A stretch of 47,749 nt of DNA, from IMG/VR virus record IMGVR_UViG_3300045988_059296. One strand, 5' to 3'. The position numbers were made by a program, and so were the translations under genes. Below are positions 39,903-47,749 of this stretch, one piece after another. The notes under the pieces were generated by a model. It made no database searches. It was not told the origin of the DNA and saw nothing but the letters and a program-made list of their open reading frames with translations. Source of the stretch: a virus. Numbering within the stretch: position 1 is the first letter of the stretch; every line of letters begins with the position of its first letter.

Positions 39903-42900
39903 ATGGCTGGACGAAAAGAATATGAACTGCTTTTCAAACTGCAAGCGGCTTTGGGCGGCAACTTCAACACGGTTTTTCAAAGCGCGTTGAACACCACGAA
40001 GCAAATGCAGAACAGCCTAACGAAGCTAAATTCCATCACCGGGAAAATCGACGCTTACAAAAAACAGGAAGCCGCCCTTGAATCGAACCGTCAAAAGCTG
40101 GAACGCCTGACCGCAGAGCATGACAAACTCCAACGGGAAATGAGCGAAACCGCCGCCCCGTCGGAAGAACTGCGGCAGAAGATGGCGAAGAATGAAAAGC
40201 AGATCGCCGCGACAACTGCGAAAATCGAAGCGCAGGAACAGCGGTTGCAGACGCTTGGTTCCGAACTGTCCGCCGCAGGCGTGAACACGGCGAATTTGAG
40301 CGCGGAGAATGAACGGCTTGCAAAAACCTATGACAAGGTAAAGAAAAGTCAAGAGGAAATCGCAAAGGTCAATACCGCGTTAGAGCAGAACAATACTTCT
40401 ATCAGCAACACCAAAACACAGCTTGCCGGGGTGATAGGAACCGCGGCGGCGTTGGGTGCGGCAATTTACGCCGGACCTGTTAAAAAGTCGCGCGAACTTG
40501 AAGCACAAATGTCCACCGTGAAAGCAATTTCAAACGCAACAACGGAGGACATGACACGCCTAACCGATATGGCTAAACACATGGGCGCGACAACGCAGTT
40601 CACCGCCGTTGAAGCCGGAAAAGCCCTTGAATATATGGCTATGGCAGGTTGGAAGACCGACCAAATGTTGGGCGGCTTGCCCGGCATTATGAACCTTGCC
40701 GCCGCGTCCGGCGAAGACTTGGGGCAGGTTTCCGACATTGTAACGGACGCGCTGACAGCGTTCAACATGACGGCGGACCAGTCCGGGCGCTTTGCGGACG
40801 TACTCGCGCAGGCATCCTCCAACGCGAACACCAACGTTTCCATGATGGGCGCGACGTTCCAGAAAGTAGCGCCCGTGGCGGGCACGTTGGGCTACTCTGT
40901 GGAAGATATGTCGCTTGGTATCGGTTTGATGGCGAATGCGTCTGTTAAAGCAGAAACCGCAGGCACAAGCCTAAAGACGGCCCTTGCGAATATGGCGAAG
41001 CCAACAAAGCAAATGCAAGCCTACATGGACAAGTACGGAATCAGCCTGACGAATGCGGACGGAAGCATGAAGACGTTCCGCGAGGTCATCGACAATCTGC
41101 GGTCCAGTTTGGGCGGGCTTTCCAAAACTGAAAAGACCGCGGCGGCTACCGCCATTTTCGGCAAAGAATCTTTCGCGGGTATGCTTGCTATCGTAAACGC
41201 AAGCGACGCTGATTTCAAAAAAGTGTCCGATGCGGTCAACAACGCCGCAGGCGCGGCGGAGCGTATGGCGGCAATCAAGCTGGATAATTTGGAGGGCGAC
41301 GTAACACTATTAAAGTCTGCGACAGACGGATTGCAAACGGCTATCGGTGACGCACTACTCCCGACGTTTCGCGCTGGAACACAACAACTTACAAAGTTTG
41401 TTTCAAACTTGACGGAATTTATCAACGCAAACCCGGAACTTGTGCGGACCATCGTAAAGGTGACGGCGGGCCTGTTGGCATTCAAGGCCGCGGCCCTGAC
41501 CGCAAAGCTGGGCTTTCTTGAACTGAAAGGCGGCGTGCTGACTATTCAAAAGGTCATGGCGCTTTTCAAGGGAAAGACAGCGCTTGCGGGCGTGGAAGCC
41601 GTCGGGTTCGCAGGAAAGGTCAAGGGCGTTGCAAAGAGCGTGACCGGGTATTTCAGCGGCATTGGGTCCGCGGCGGGCGGTGTAGGCCGTGCGTTCGGGC
41701 AAATGTTCAGCGGAACAAAAATCGGCGGCGCGTTCTCCAAAATCGGCGGCGCGGCGGGCGGCGTATTCTCGAAGCTGTTTTCGGGGATGGGCGGCGTTGC
41801 GACGCGGGCATTCACGGGCGTTGCCGGGACAATCACCAACATATTAGGCAAGGCCGGGACCGCTGTTACGGCGGGTCCGCTGGGTAAAATCGGTTCCGTT
41901 ATCGGAAAGGGTTTCGGGAAAATAGGAACCCTGATTGCCCCGCTTCAAAAGCTGGGCGGCGCTATCTTGGGGCCGTTCAGCGGCATTCTTGGCAAGGTGC
42001 TTCCCGTGGTGGGCGTTATTTCGCTGATCGTTGCCGCGGTCCAAATCCTACGGGACAATCTGGACAAGGTGCGCGAAGTCGTCGAACGAGTATTTGGCAA
42101 AGCCGGGCTTGATGTGTTCAACGGAATTGTTGACGCAATAACCAACATCGGCGATACGATACGCAACATCTTCACGGACGGCAATTTGGGCGGCGCACGG
42201 CAATTCCTGATAAACCTGTTCGGAGAGGAAGCAACGGGCGTTATCGACGGGGCCATTACGATTTTACAAACCGTCTGGAATATCCTTTCCGGGTTCATCG
42301 AGTTTGTGAACACCTATGTTCGCCCCATTGTGGAGCAAATCTTTTCTTTCATCGTCGGGACCGTGCTTCCGCAGATCGCGCAGGCGTTCGCGGAGTGGGC
42401 GCCGACTATCGCTTCTATCCTGCAAGGACTTGCGGAAGTGGTTTCCACCATTGCAACGGCAATCATGGCAGTTATTCAATTCCTTATGCCGACGATACAA
42501 AGCATCATCGGCGTTGCGCTTGAAACCATCAAGGGCGTTGTATCTGGTGCGCTGACCGCGATAAAGGGCCTTGTAGACGTTTTCGCAGGCATCTTCACGG
42601 GAGATTGGACCCGTGTTTGGGAGGGCGTGAAAAGCATATTCAGCGGCGTTTGGAATTCTCTAAAGAGCATTGCAAGCGGCGTACTGAACGGCATTATCGG
42701 GCTTGTAAACAATGTGATTTCCGGTCTAAATAATTTGAAAGTCCCTGATTGGGTCCCCGGCATCGGCGGAAAGAGCATCAACATTCCGTTAATACCGCGG
42801 TTTGCAACAGGTACAGACAGCACGCCGAACACGTTCATAGCTGGTGAGCAGGGCGCGGAACTTATCACCAACGCAAAGAACCGAAGCGTATTCACCGCGG

Positions 42901-43202
42901 CGCAGACGGGAAGCATCTTCCGCAATCTTGCGGACACGGTGAACGCTATTCGCACCGCAGGGGCCGCGCCGTATCAACTGGCCTACGCGGGAGCGCCCAG
43001 CGTTGCCGCACCGACCCTGAACGCAGGCGGCGGCAGAACGTCCGTCGTCATTCACAGCGCACCCGTGTTCCACGTCGGCAACGACGCGCAGGCACAGGAC
43101 ATTGAAGAAATGCTACGCCGCCACGACGAAGAGTTGTTGGACGAAATCGACGAGCGGGAGCGGCAAAGACAGGACGACGAAAGGCGGCGGAACTATGACT
43201 AA
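39903..43202 (+). CDS. Tail tape measure protein.
   Basis: 1099 aa with an N-terminal coiled-coil, a central Ala/Gly-rich TM-like region, and a position after the chaperone. RBS GGGAGGGAGG. Confidence 0.9.
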   Translation: MAGRKEYELLFKLQAALGGNFNTVFQSALNTTKQMQNSLTKLNSITGKIDAYKKQEAALESNRQKLERLTAEHDKLQREMSETAAPSEELRQKMAKNEKQIAATTAKIEAQEQRLQTLGSELSAAGVNTANLSAENERLAKTYDKVKKSQEEIAKVNTALEQNNTSISNTKTQLAGVIGTAAALGAAIYAGPVKKSRELEAQMSTVKAISNATTEDMTRLTDMAKHMGATTQFTAVEAGKALEYMAMAGWKTDQMLGGLPGIMNLAAASGEDLGQVSDIVTDALTAFNMTADQSGRFADVLAQASSNANTNVSMMGATFQKVAPVAGTLGYSVEDMSLGIGLMANASVKAETAGTSLKTALANMAKPTKQMQAYMDKYGISLTNADGSMKTFREVIDNLRSSLGGLSKTEKTAAATAIFGKESFAGMLAIVNASDADFKKVSDAVNNAAGAAERMAAIKLDNLEGDVTLLKSATDGLQTAIGDALLPTFRAGTQQLTKFVSNLTEFINANPELVRTIVKVTAGLLAFKAAALTAKLGFLELKGGVLTIQKVMALFKGKTALAGVEAVGFAGKVKGVAKSVTGYFSGIGSAAGGVGRAFGQMFSGTKIGGAFSKIGGAAGGVFSKLFSGMGGVATRAFTGVAGTITNILGKAGTAVTAGPLGKIGSVIGKGFGKIGTLIAPLQKLGGAILGPFSGILGKVLPVVGVISLIVAAVQILRDNLDKVREVVERVFGKAGLDVFNGIVDAITNIGDTIRNIFTDGNLGGARQFLINLFGEEATGVIDGAITILQTVWNILSGFIEFVNTYVRPIVEQIFSFIVGTVLPQIAQAFAEWAPTIASILQGLAEVVSTIATAIMAVIQFLMPTIQSIIGVALETIKGVVSGALTAIKGLVDVFAGIFTGDWTRVWEGVKSIFSGVWNSLKSIASGVLNGIIGLVNNVISGLNNLKVPDWVPGIGGKSINIPLIPRFATGTDSTPNTFIAGEQGAELITNAKNRSVFTAAQTGSIFRNLADTVNAIRTAGAAPYQLAYAGAPSVAAPTLNAGGGRTSVVIHSAPVFHVGNDAQAQDIEEMLRRHDEELLDEIDERERQRQDDERRRNYD

Positions 43203-43407
43203 ATACACCACAATAGCCGGGGATATGTGGGACGGCATCGCCTATAAGACATTGGGCGACGAAGCCTACACAGACCGGCTTATGAAGTTGAACCCGCAGT
43301 ACCGCCGCACTTTCGTTTTTCCCGCCGGAATCACACTGACAGTTCCAGAGCCGGAAACGCGGGTTTCCTCTGACCTGCCGCCGTGGAAGCGAGGGACTGC
43401 CGAATGA
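43195..43407 (+). CDS. Tail protein X (P2 gpX-like, LysM-like).
   Basis: YTTIAGDMWDGIAYKTLGDEAYTDRLMKLNP...AGITLTVPE. It overlaps the tape measure stop codon. Confidence 0.7.
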   Translation: MTKYTTIAGDMWDGIAYKTLGDEAYTDRLMKLNPQYRRTFVFPAGITLTVPEPETRVSSDLPPWKRGTAE

Positions 43408-44438
43408 ATGCACGAAGAACCGCTGTCCGCCTGACCTTTGCGGGGGTGGACATTTCGACCGACATAAACAAGCATCTTCTTTCACTGACCTACACGGACA
43501 ACGAAGAGGATAAAACGGACGACCTGCAACTATCGCTTGATGACCGCGAGGGCGTGTGGCTGGGAAACTGGCTGAACACACCCGGCGCGTCAAAGGGCGT
43601 GGAAATCTCCGCCGTCATCGTTCAAAAGAATTGGGAATCCAACGGGAAAGACCGTGTGCTTGACTGTGGCGTTTTTGAAATCGACACCGTGGACGGGAGC
43701 GGCCCGCCCCCAAAAGTGACCATCAAGGCCGGGTCCATTCCCTACAAGTCCACCGTGCGGACGCAGAAGAAAACGAAAGCATGGGAGAACTACACGCTTT
43801 CCAGCATCGCAAAGGAAATTGCGGGCAAAAACGGGCTTACCTGTATGTTTGAATCCGCGTTCGACCCTCTGTATACCCGGAAAGAGCAGATACAGGAATC
43901 GGACATCACCTTTCTTCAACGGCTTTGCAAGGCCGCGGGAATCAGCCTGAAAGTTACCGCAAAAATCATCGTTCTTTTCGACGCGGCGGCTTATGAGCAG
44001 AAAGACGCGGTGCGCGTCATCAAGCGCGGGACGGCGGACGTTAGTTCGTGGTCCTTTTCAACCAGCTTGCACGACGCGTCATATAGCAAGTGCCACGTTT
44101 CCTATACCGACCCAACGACGGGAAAGACCATCGAATACACCTACACCCCGCGAAACGCGGATAAGGACGGTCAAGTTCTGGAAGTGAACGAAAAGGTTTC
44201 CAACAGAGAGGAAGCCCGGCAACTGGCAATGAAGCGCCTGCGGCAGAAGAACAAGGGCGAATTCAAGGCATCGTTCAAACTGACCGGGGACGCGCGGCTT
44301 GTGGCTGGCATCACGGTTCAGGTATCGGGCTACGGCGTGTTCGACGGGAAATACATCATCGAAACGGCGACGCATTCCGTGTCAAAGAGCGGCTATAAAA
44401 CCGATTTGACGCTACGCCGGGTATTGGAGGGGTATTGA
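43404..44438 (+). CDS. Tail/baseplate hub protein D (P2 gpD-like).
   Basis: About 344 aa. LLSLTYTDNEEDKTDDLQLSLDDREGVW... Synteny X-D-V. The alternative start is 43383. Confidence 0.75.
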   Translation: MNARRTAVRLTFAGVDISTDINKHLLSLTYTDNEEDKTDDLQLSLDDREGVWLGNWLNTPGASKGVEISAVIVQKNWESNGKDRVLDCGVFEIDTVDGSGPPPKVTIKAGSIPYKSTVRTQKKTKAWENYTLSSIAKEIAGKNGLTCMFESAFDPLYTRKEQIQESDITFLQRLCKAAGISLKVTAKIIVLFDAAAYEQKDAVRVIKRGTADVSSWSFSTSLHDASYSKCHVSYTDPTTGKTIEYTYTPRNADKDGQVLEVNEKVSNREEARQLAMKRLRQKNKGEFKASFKLTGDARLVAGITVQVSGYGVFDGKYIIETATHSVSKSGYKTDLTLRRVLEGY

Positions 44439-44773
44439 TGGCCGATCTATCAGTTTTGAAAAATATCGTGAGGACGGGCCGGGTTTCATCGGTCAACGCC
44501 GGGAACCGCACCGCCCGCGTCACGTTCGAGGACAAGGGGCAATCGCCGCTTGTGTCGGGAGAACTAAAGGTCATCAAGAACCCGCCGTTCATTCCGGCAA
44601 AGGGAGCGGCGCAGAGGACGGAAAGCGAAAGCGGCGGAAGCGGTGAAGCCGCCTTTGCCGCCCATTCGCACGCCGTCAAAATAGCCCCGTGGTTGCCGTC
44701 GCCGGGCGACTATGTTTTATGCCTGTATATCCCGACGGACGACGGCGACGGGTTCGTGATTGGAGGGATATAA
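44435..44773 (+). CDS. Baseplate spike/assembly protein V-like.
   Basis: GRVSSVNAGNRTARVTFEDKGQ...SGELKV and C-terminus PSPGDYVLCLYIPTDDGDGFVIG. Confidence 0.65.
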   Translation: MMADLSVLKNIVRTGRVSSVNAGNRTARVTFEDKGQSPLVSGELKVIKNPPFIPAKGAAQRTESESGGSGEAAFAAHSHAVKIAPWLPSPGDYVLCLYIPTDDGDGFVIGGI

Positions 44774-44776
44774 ACA

Positions 44777-45178
44777 ATGGCGCTTATCGGGAATTGGGGT
44801 GACTTCACGTTCTACGTTTCCGCAGACCAAATCAAGACGTTCGACAGTCTGAAATGGGACAGCGCGGCGAAGTATTCCACCCACGACCGACACTTACGGG
44901 AACCCCTGTTGGAATTCACCGGGACAGACGTTGAAACGATAACGTTTACCATGTTCTTTTCCGTGTTCTTGGGGGTAAACCCTATCAAAGAAATTGCAAG
45001 CCTGCTTCAAGCTATGCGGCGGGGCGAAGTAAACCGACTTGTCATCGGGCCGAAAGCCTACGGCACGAACAAATGGGTCATTACGAAACTGTCAAATTCC
45101 TTGAAGCGGTTCGACCGATGGGGCAACCTGCTTGTCGCGTCGGTGAATGTTACGATGCAGTCTTACGCAGTCAGATAA
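44777..45178 (+). CDS. Tail protein U-like (P2 gpU family).
   Basis: 133 aa. FDSLKWDSAAKYSTHDRHLREPLLEFTGTDVETITF... Confidence 0.6.
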   Translation: MALIGNWGDFTFYVSADQIKTFDSLKWDSAAKYSTHDRHLREPLLEFTGTDVETITFTMFFSVFLGVNPIKEIASLLQAMRRGEVNRLVIGPKAYGTNKWVITKLSNSLKRFDRWGNLLVASVNVTMQSYAVR

Positions 45179-45190
45179 GGAGGGCGGGAA

Positions 45191-45514
45191 ATGGCATATA
45201 TCGTGAAAGCCTTTACGCCCGGCAAACTCAATCTTGCGCCGGAAACGCTGGAAGAGGAAGTTTTGCAGAACGTCGCTATCATCGTGTCAACGCCGAAATT
45301 CTCTGTCCCACTCGATAGGGGGCTTGGGTTGGCGCAACGGTTCATCGACAAGCCGATACAGGTTGCACAATCTATCTTGATTTCGGAGGTTCTGGACGCG
45401 GTAGAAGAGTATGAACCGCGGGCAGAGGTAACAAACGTCACGTTTGAAGCGGGCGAAACGCCGGGCCTGCTGGTCCCCGTATTGGAGGTGAATATCGTTG
45501 ACAACGAAGAGTAG
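45191..45514 (+). CDS. Baseplate wedge protein W (gp25-like).
   Basis: LEEEVLQNVAIIVSTPKFSVPLDRGLGL...EYEPRAEVTNVTF. Confidence 0.75.
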   Translation: MAYIVKAFTPGKLNLAPETLEEEVLQNVAIIVSTPKFSVPLDRGLGLAQRFIDKPIQVAQSILISEVLDAVEEYEPRAEVTNVTFEAGETPGLLVPVLEVNIVDNEE

Positions 45515-46625
45515 AACATACCCCGACATTTCCTACGTCGAAACCGACACGGAAACCATCGTGAACACGCTGATACAGGGGTACGAAAAAATCGCCGGGC
45601 GCACGCTGTACCCGGCGGACCCGGCACGACTGTTCATTCTGTGGGTTGCCGATATTATCGTTCAAGAGCGGGTGAACATCGACTTTTCCGCGAAACAGAA
45701 TATCCCACGGTATGCAGAGGGCGAATATCTGGATTCCCTCGCGGAACTGTTCAAGGGCGCGGAGCGGTTGGAGCCTGAAAAGGCCCGAACGACCCTGCAA
45801 TATACGCTTTCTATCCCGCTGGAAGTGGCAACGACCATTCCGGCAGGCACGCGGGCCACGCCTGACGGTGAAATCGTGTTCGCTACGCTGGAGGACCTGA
45901 CAATTCCTGCGGGACAGCGGACCGGGAGCGTGGAAGCGGAGTGCCAAATAGAGGGCGAAAACGGAAACGGATTTATCCCCGGACAAATCAACCAGCCGAT
46001 AGACGTTTTCCCCTACTACGAAAGCGTCGAGAACATAACGGAGAGCGCAGGGGGAGCAGACAGGGAAAGCGACGCGGCATTCTATGAGCGTATGCGTGAG
46101 AGTGCGGAAACCTATTCCACGGCGGGACCGCTGGGCGGGTATGAGTATTTCGCAAAATCCGCGTCGGCGCTGATCGCAGACGTGAAAGCAACGTCCCCGA
46201 AGCCGGGAGAAGTAGACGTGCGCGTTCTGCTGACAGGCGGCGAACTGCCGGGGGAAGAAATCTTGAAAGAGGTTTTGGACATTCTGAACGCCGACACGGT
46301 GCGCCCGCTGACGGACCATGTGACCGTCGCCGCGCCGCAGGCCGTTCCGTATAACATCAACGTGACCTACTACACGCAGGAGGGCGGCGCATTGAGCGCC
46401 GACACCATCGCGGCGGACGTTGCCGCGGCGGTGAAGTCTTTCCAGAAGTGGCAGGCCGAAAAGATGGGACGGGACGTGAACCCCTCCCAGCTTATCGCCT
46501 TGTTGATGCAAACGGGCGTGAAGCGTGTTGAAGTCCGTTCCCCTGTCTTTGCGGCTGTGGCAGACAACGCAGTTGCACAAGTCGGCACGGTTTCCGTCGT
46601 GAACGGAGGTGCGGAACGTGAATAA
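45498..46625 (+). CDS. Baseplate protein J.
   Basis: 375 aa. TTG start after GGAGGTGA. Synteny W-J-I-H. Confidence 0.8.
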   Translation: MTTKSRTYPDISYVETDTETIVNTLIQGYEKIAGRTLYPADPARLFILWVADIIVQERVNIDFSAKQNIPRYAEGEYLDSLAELFKGAERLEPEKARTTLQYTLSIPLEVATTIPAGTRATPDGEIVFATLEDLTIPAGQRTGSVEAECQIEGENGNGFIPGQINQPIDVFPYYESVENITESAGGADRESDAAFYERMRESAETYSTAGPLGGYEYFAKSASALIADVKATSPKPGEVDVRVLLTGGELPGEEILKEVLDILNADTVRPLTDHVTVAAPQAVPYNINVTYYTQEGGALSADTIAADVAAAVKSFQKWQAEKMGRDVNPSQLIALLMQTGVKRVEVRSPVFAAVADNAVAQVGTVSVVNGGAERE

Positions 46626-47277
46626 CGAAGACTTCTATTCGGCGGACTTCACGAATTCGCTTCCGCCTGCGCTGAAAAACGACCCTGACATGATGGCACT
46701 TGCACAGACCATTTCAGCGCAGTTACAGACGACCGCGGCGGAAGTCCGAAAGAACATCATTTACGCCCGTATCGACGAACTGGACGAAGCGACGTTGGAC
46801 GTGCTGGCTTACGACCTGCACGTTGACTGGTACGACTATTCCTACCCTATCGAGGTAAAGCGCCGGACCATTCGGGACAGCATACAGGTTCACCGCAGGT
46901 TGGGAACAAAGTATGCCGTTGAAAAGGCGTTGGGGGCTGTGTACCCCGGAACGAAAGTGGAAGAGTGGTTCGAGTACGGCGGCGACCCGTATAAATTCCG
47001 CGTCGTCATCGGCGCAACGGAAGCGGGCATCACCGCAGACCGTCAAGCGGCGGTCCTCGACCGTGTGCGGTTTTATAAAAACCTGCGGTCCCACCTTGAA
47101 GCAATCAGTTACCAAATCGAAAAGCGAACGGCGGTCAAGGTTGCCGCCGTCCACGCTATCGGGCAACGCGTCGAAGTCTACCCATACTTGGCGCGAAATA
47201 TGGAATCGCACGGCGGGTTCTACTGCGGCGGCTATATGCAGTACGGGCGGAAACTTGCAGTATTCCCGAATGAATAA
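46618..47277 (+). CDS. Tail protein I (P2 gpI-like).
   Basis: LPPALKNDPDMMALAQ...LDVLAYDLHVDWYD. GTG 46618 lies 8 nt after GGAGG; the track start is 46609. Confidence 0.75.
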   Translation: MNNEDFYSADFTNSLPPALKNDPDMMALAQTISAQLQTTAAEVRKNIIYARIDELDEATLDVLAYDLHVDWYDYSYPIEVKRRTIRDSIQVHRRLGTKYAVEKALGAVYPGTKVEEWFEYGGDPYKFRVVIGATEAGITADRQAAVLDRVRFYKNLRSHLEAISYQIEKRTAVKVAAVHAIGQRVEVYPYLARNMESHGGFYCGGYMQYGRKLAVFPNE

Positions 47278-47295
47278 CGAACGGAGGGTGAAGAA

Positions 47296-47749
47296 ATGGC
47301 AGATAAAACGTATGGAACCCTTGTGACCGACTGCGGAATACAACTGATTGCGGCGGCGGTCATGGAGGGAAAGAAAATCAATATTACGGGCCTTGCTGTG
47401 GGTGACGGCGGCGGAAGCTACTACAAGCCGAATTCTACCATGACCGCATTAAAGGGCGAAAAGTGGCGCGGAAAAGTAAACCGCGTAGAGATCAACGAGA
47501 AATCCCCAAACATGATTGACGTAGTAGCGGTGATTCCGTCCGATGTTGGCGGGTGGACAATCCGCGAAATGGGCGTTCTGGACGAAACAGAAACCCTTAT
47601 CGCGGTTTGCAATACCCCTGACACGGAAAAAGTCATCATTTCAAGCGGAGCGGCGGGCGAAATCGAATTGACGATGCACATTGAGATTTCCAACGCGGAC
47701 GCTATCTCTTTTATCATCGACCCGAACGTAGTAACGGCAACAAAAAAAG
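47296..47749 (+). CDS. Tail fibre protein, N-terminal part (P2 gpH-like collar domain). It is open at the window end and continues at 1-521.
   Basis: MADKTYGTLVTDCGIQLIAAAVMEGKKINITGLAVGDGGG...GGWTIREMGVLDETETLIAV. RBS GGAGGGTG. No stop codon before the window end. Confidence 0.85.
   Translation, partial: MADKTYGTLVTDCGIQLIAAAVMEGKKINITGLAVGDGGGSYYKPNSTMTALKGEKWRGKVNRVEINEKSPNMIDVVAVIPSDVGGWTIREMGVLDETETLIAVCNTPDTEKVIISSGAAGEIELTMHIEISNADAISFIIDPNVVTATKK
47651..47749. repeat. Terminal direct repeat, copy 2, identical to 1-99.
   Basis: Read directly. Confidence 0.97.

Noticed and set aside
1-47749. Searches by eye for a CRISPR array, tRNA or tmRNA genes, stop-codon reassignment, self-splicing introns and homing endonucleases.
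   Set aside because: No regularly spaced repeats or cloverleaf-like intergenic segments were seen. The intergenic gaps are short and explained by promoters and terminators. Long genes (tape measure 1099 aa, TerL 606 aa, endolysin 526 aa) are uninterrupted under the standard code.

Overview
The first 99 nt of the window are identical to the last 99 nt, so it closes on itself. It is best read as one complete 47,650-bp circular or terminally redundant genome of a temperate contractile-tailed phage. The host is probably a GC-rich Gram-positive (Clostridia-like) bacterium, judging by AGGAGG-type RBSs, a lipobox lipoprotein, a GH73+NlpC/P60+SH3 endolysin and the absence of spanins.

Modules on the + strand, in order:
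- a tail fibre gene that spans the contig junction
- a diversity-generating retroelement (DGR; avd-TR-RT-target)
- a lysis cassette
- an early/replication region with an HUH Rep-like protein, RecU-like resolvase, Dam methylase, an ASCH protein and ParA/ParB
- a sigma-like late regulator
- a lambda-like head module (Nu1-like and GpA-like terminase, gpW, lambda-family portal, ClpP/S49 protease, gpD-like decoration protein, gpE-like capsid)
- a P2-like tail and baseplate module (sheath, tube, E/E' chaperone with a -1 frameshift, tape measure, X, D, V, U, W, J, I, H)

Minus-strand accessory genes with their own near-consensus promoters lie between the lysis and lysogeny modules (8081-11094). One more, a BRCT-domain gene, is inserted between the tail chaperone and the tape measure gene.

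The most notable system is the DGR. One template repeat (1215-1309) matches two variable repeats. VR1 (3321-3415) lies in the adjacent multidomain tail-associated protein. VR2 (16406-16494) lies about 13 kb away in a small protein of the early, non-structural region. Mismatches fall almost only at template adenines.

Other points of interest:
- two families of operator-like motifs built into at least six promoters
- an IS30-family transposase that appears wired into the phage regulatory circuit, with no tyrosine or serine integrase recognisable
- a candidate palindromic centromere motif in 3-4 copies together with parAB
- a promoter-plus-terminator leader in front of the packaging genes

No tRNA, rRNA or CRISPR array was seen. 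All functional calls rest on motif recognition by eye and were not checked against any database.
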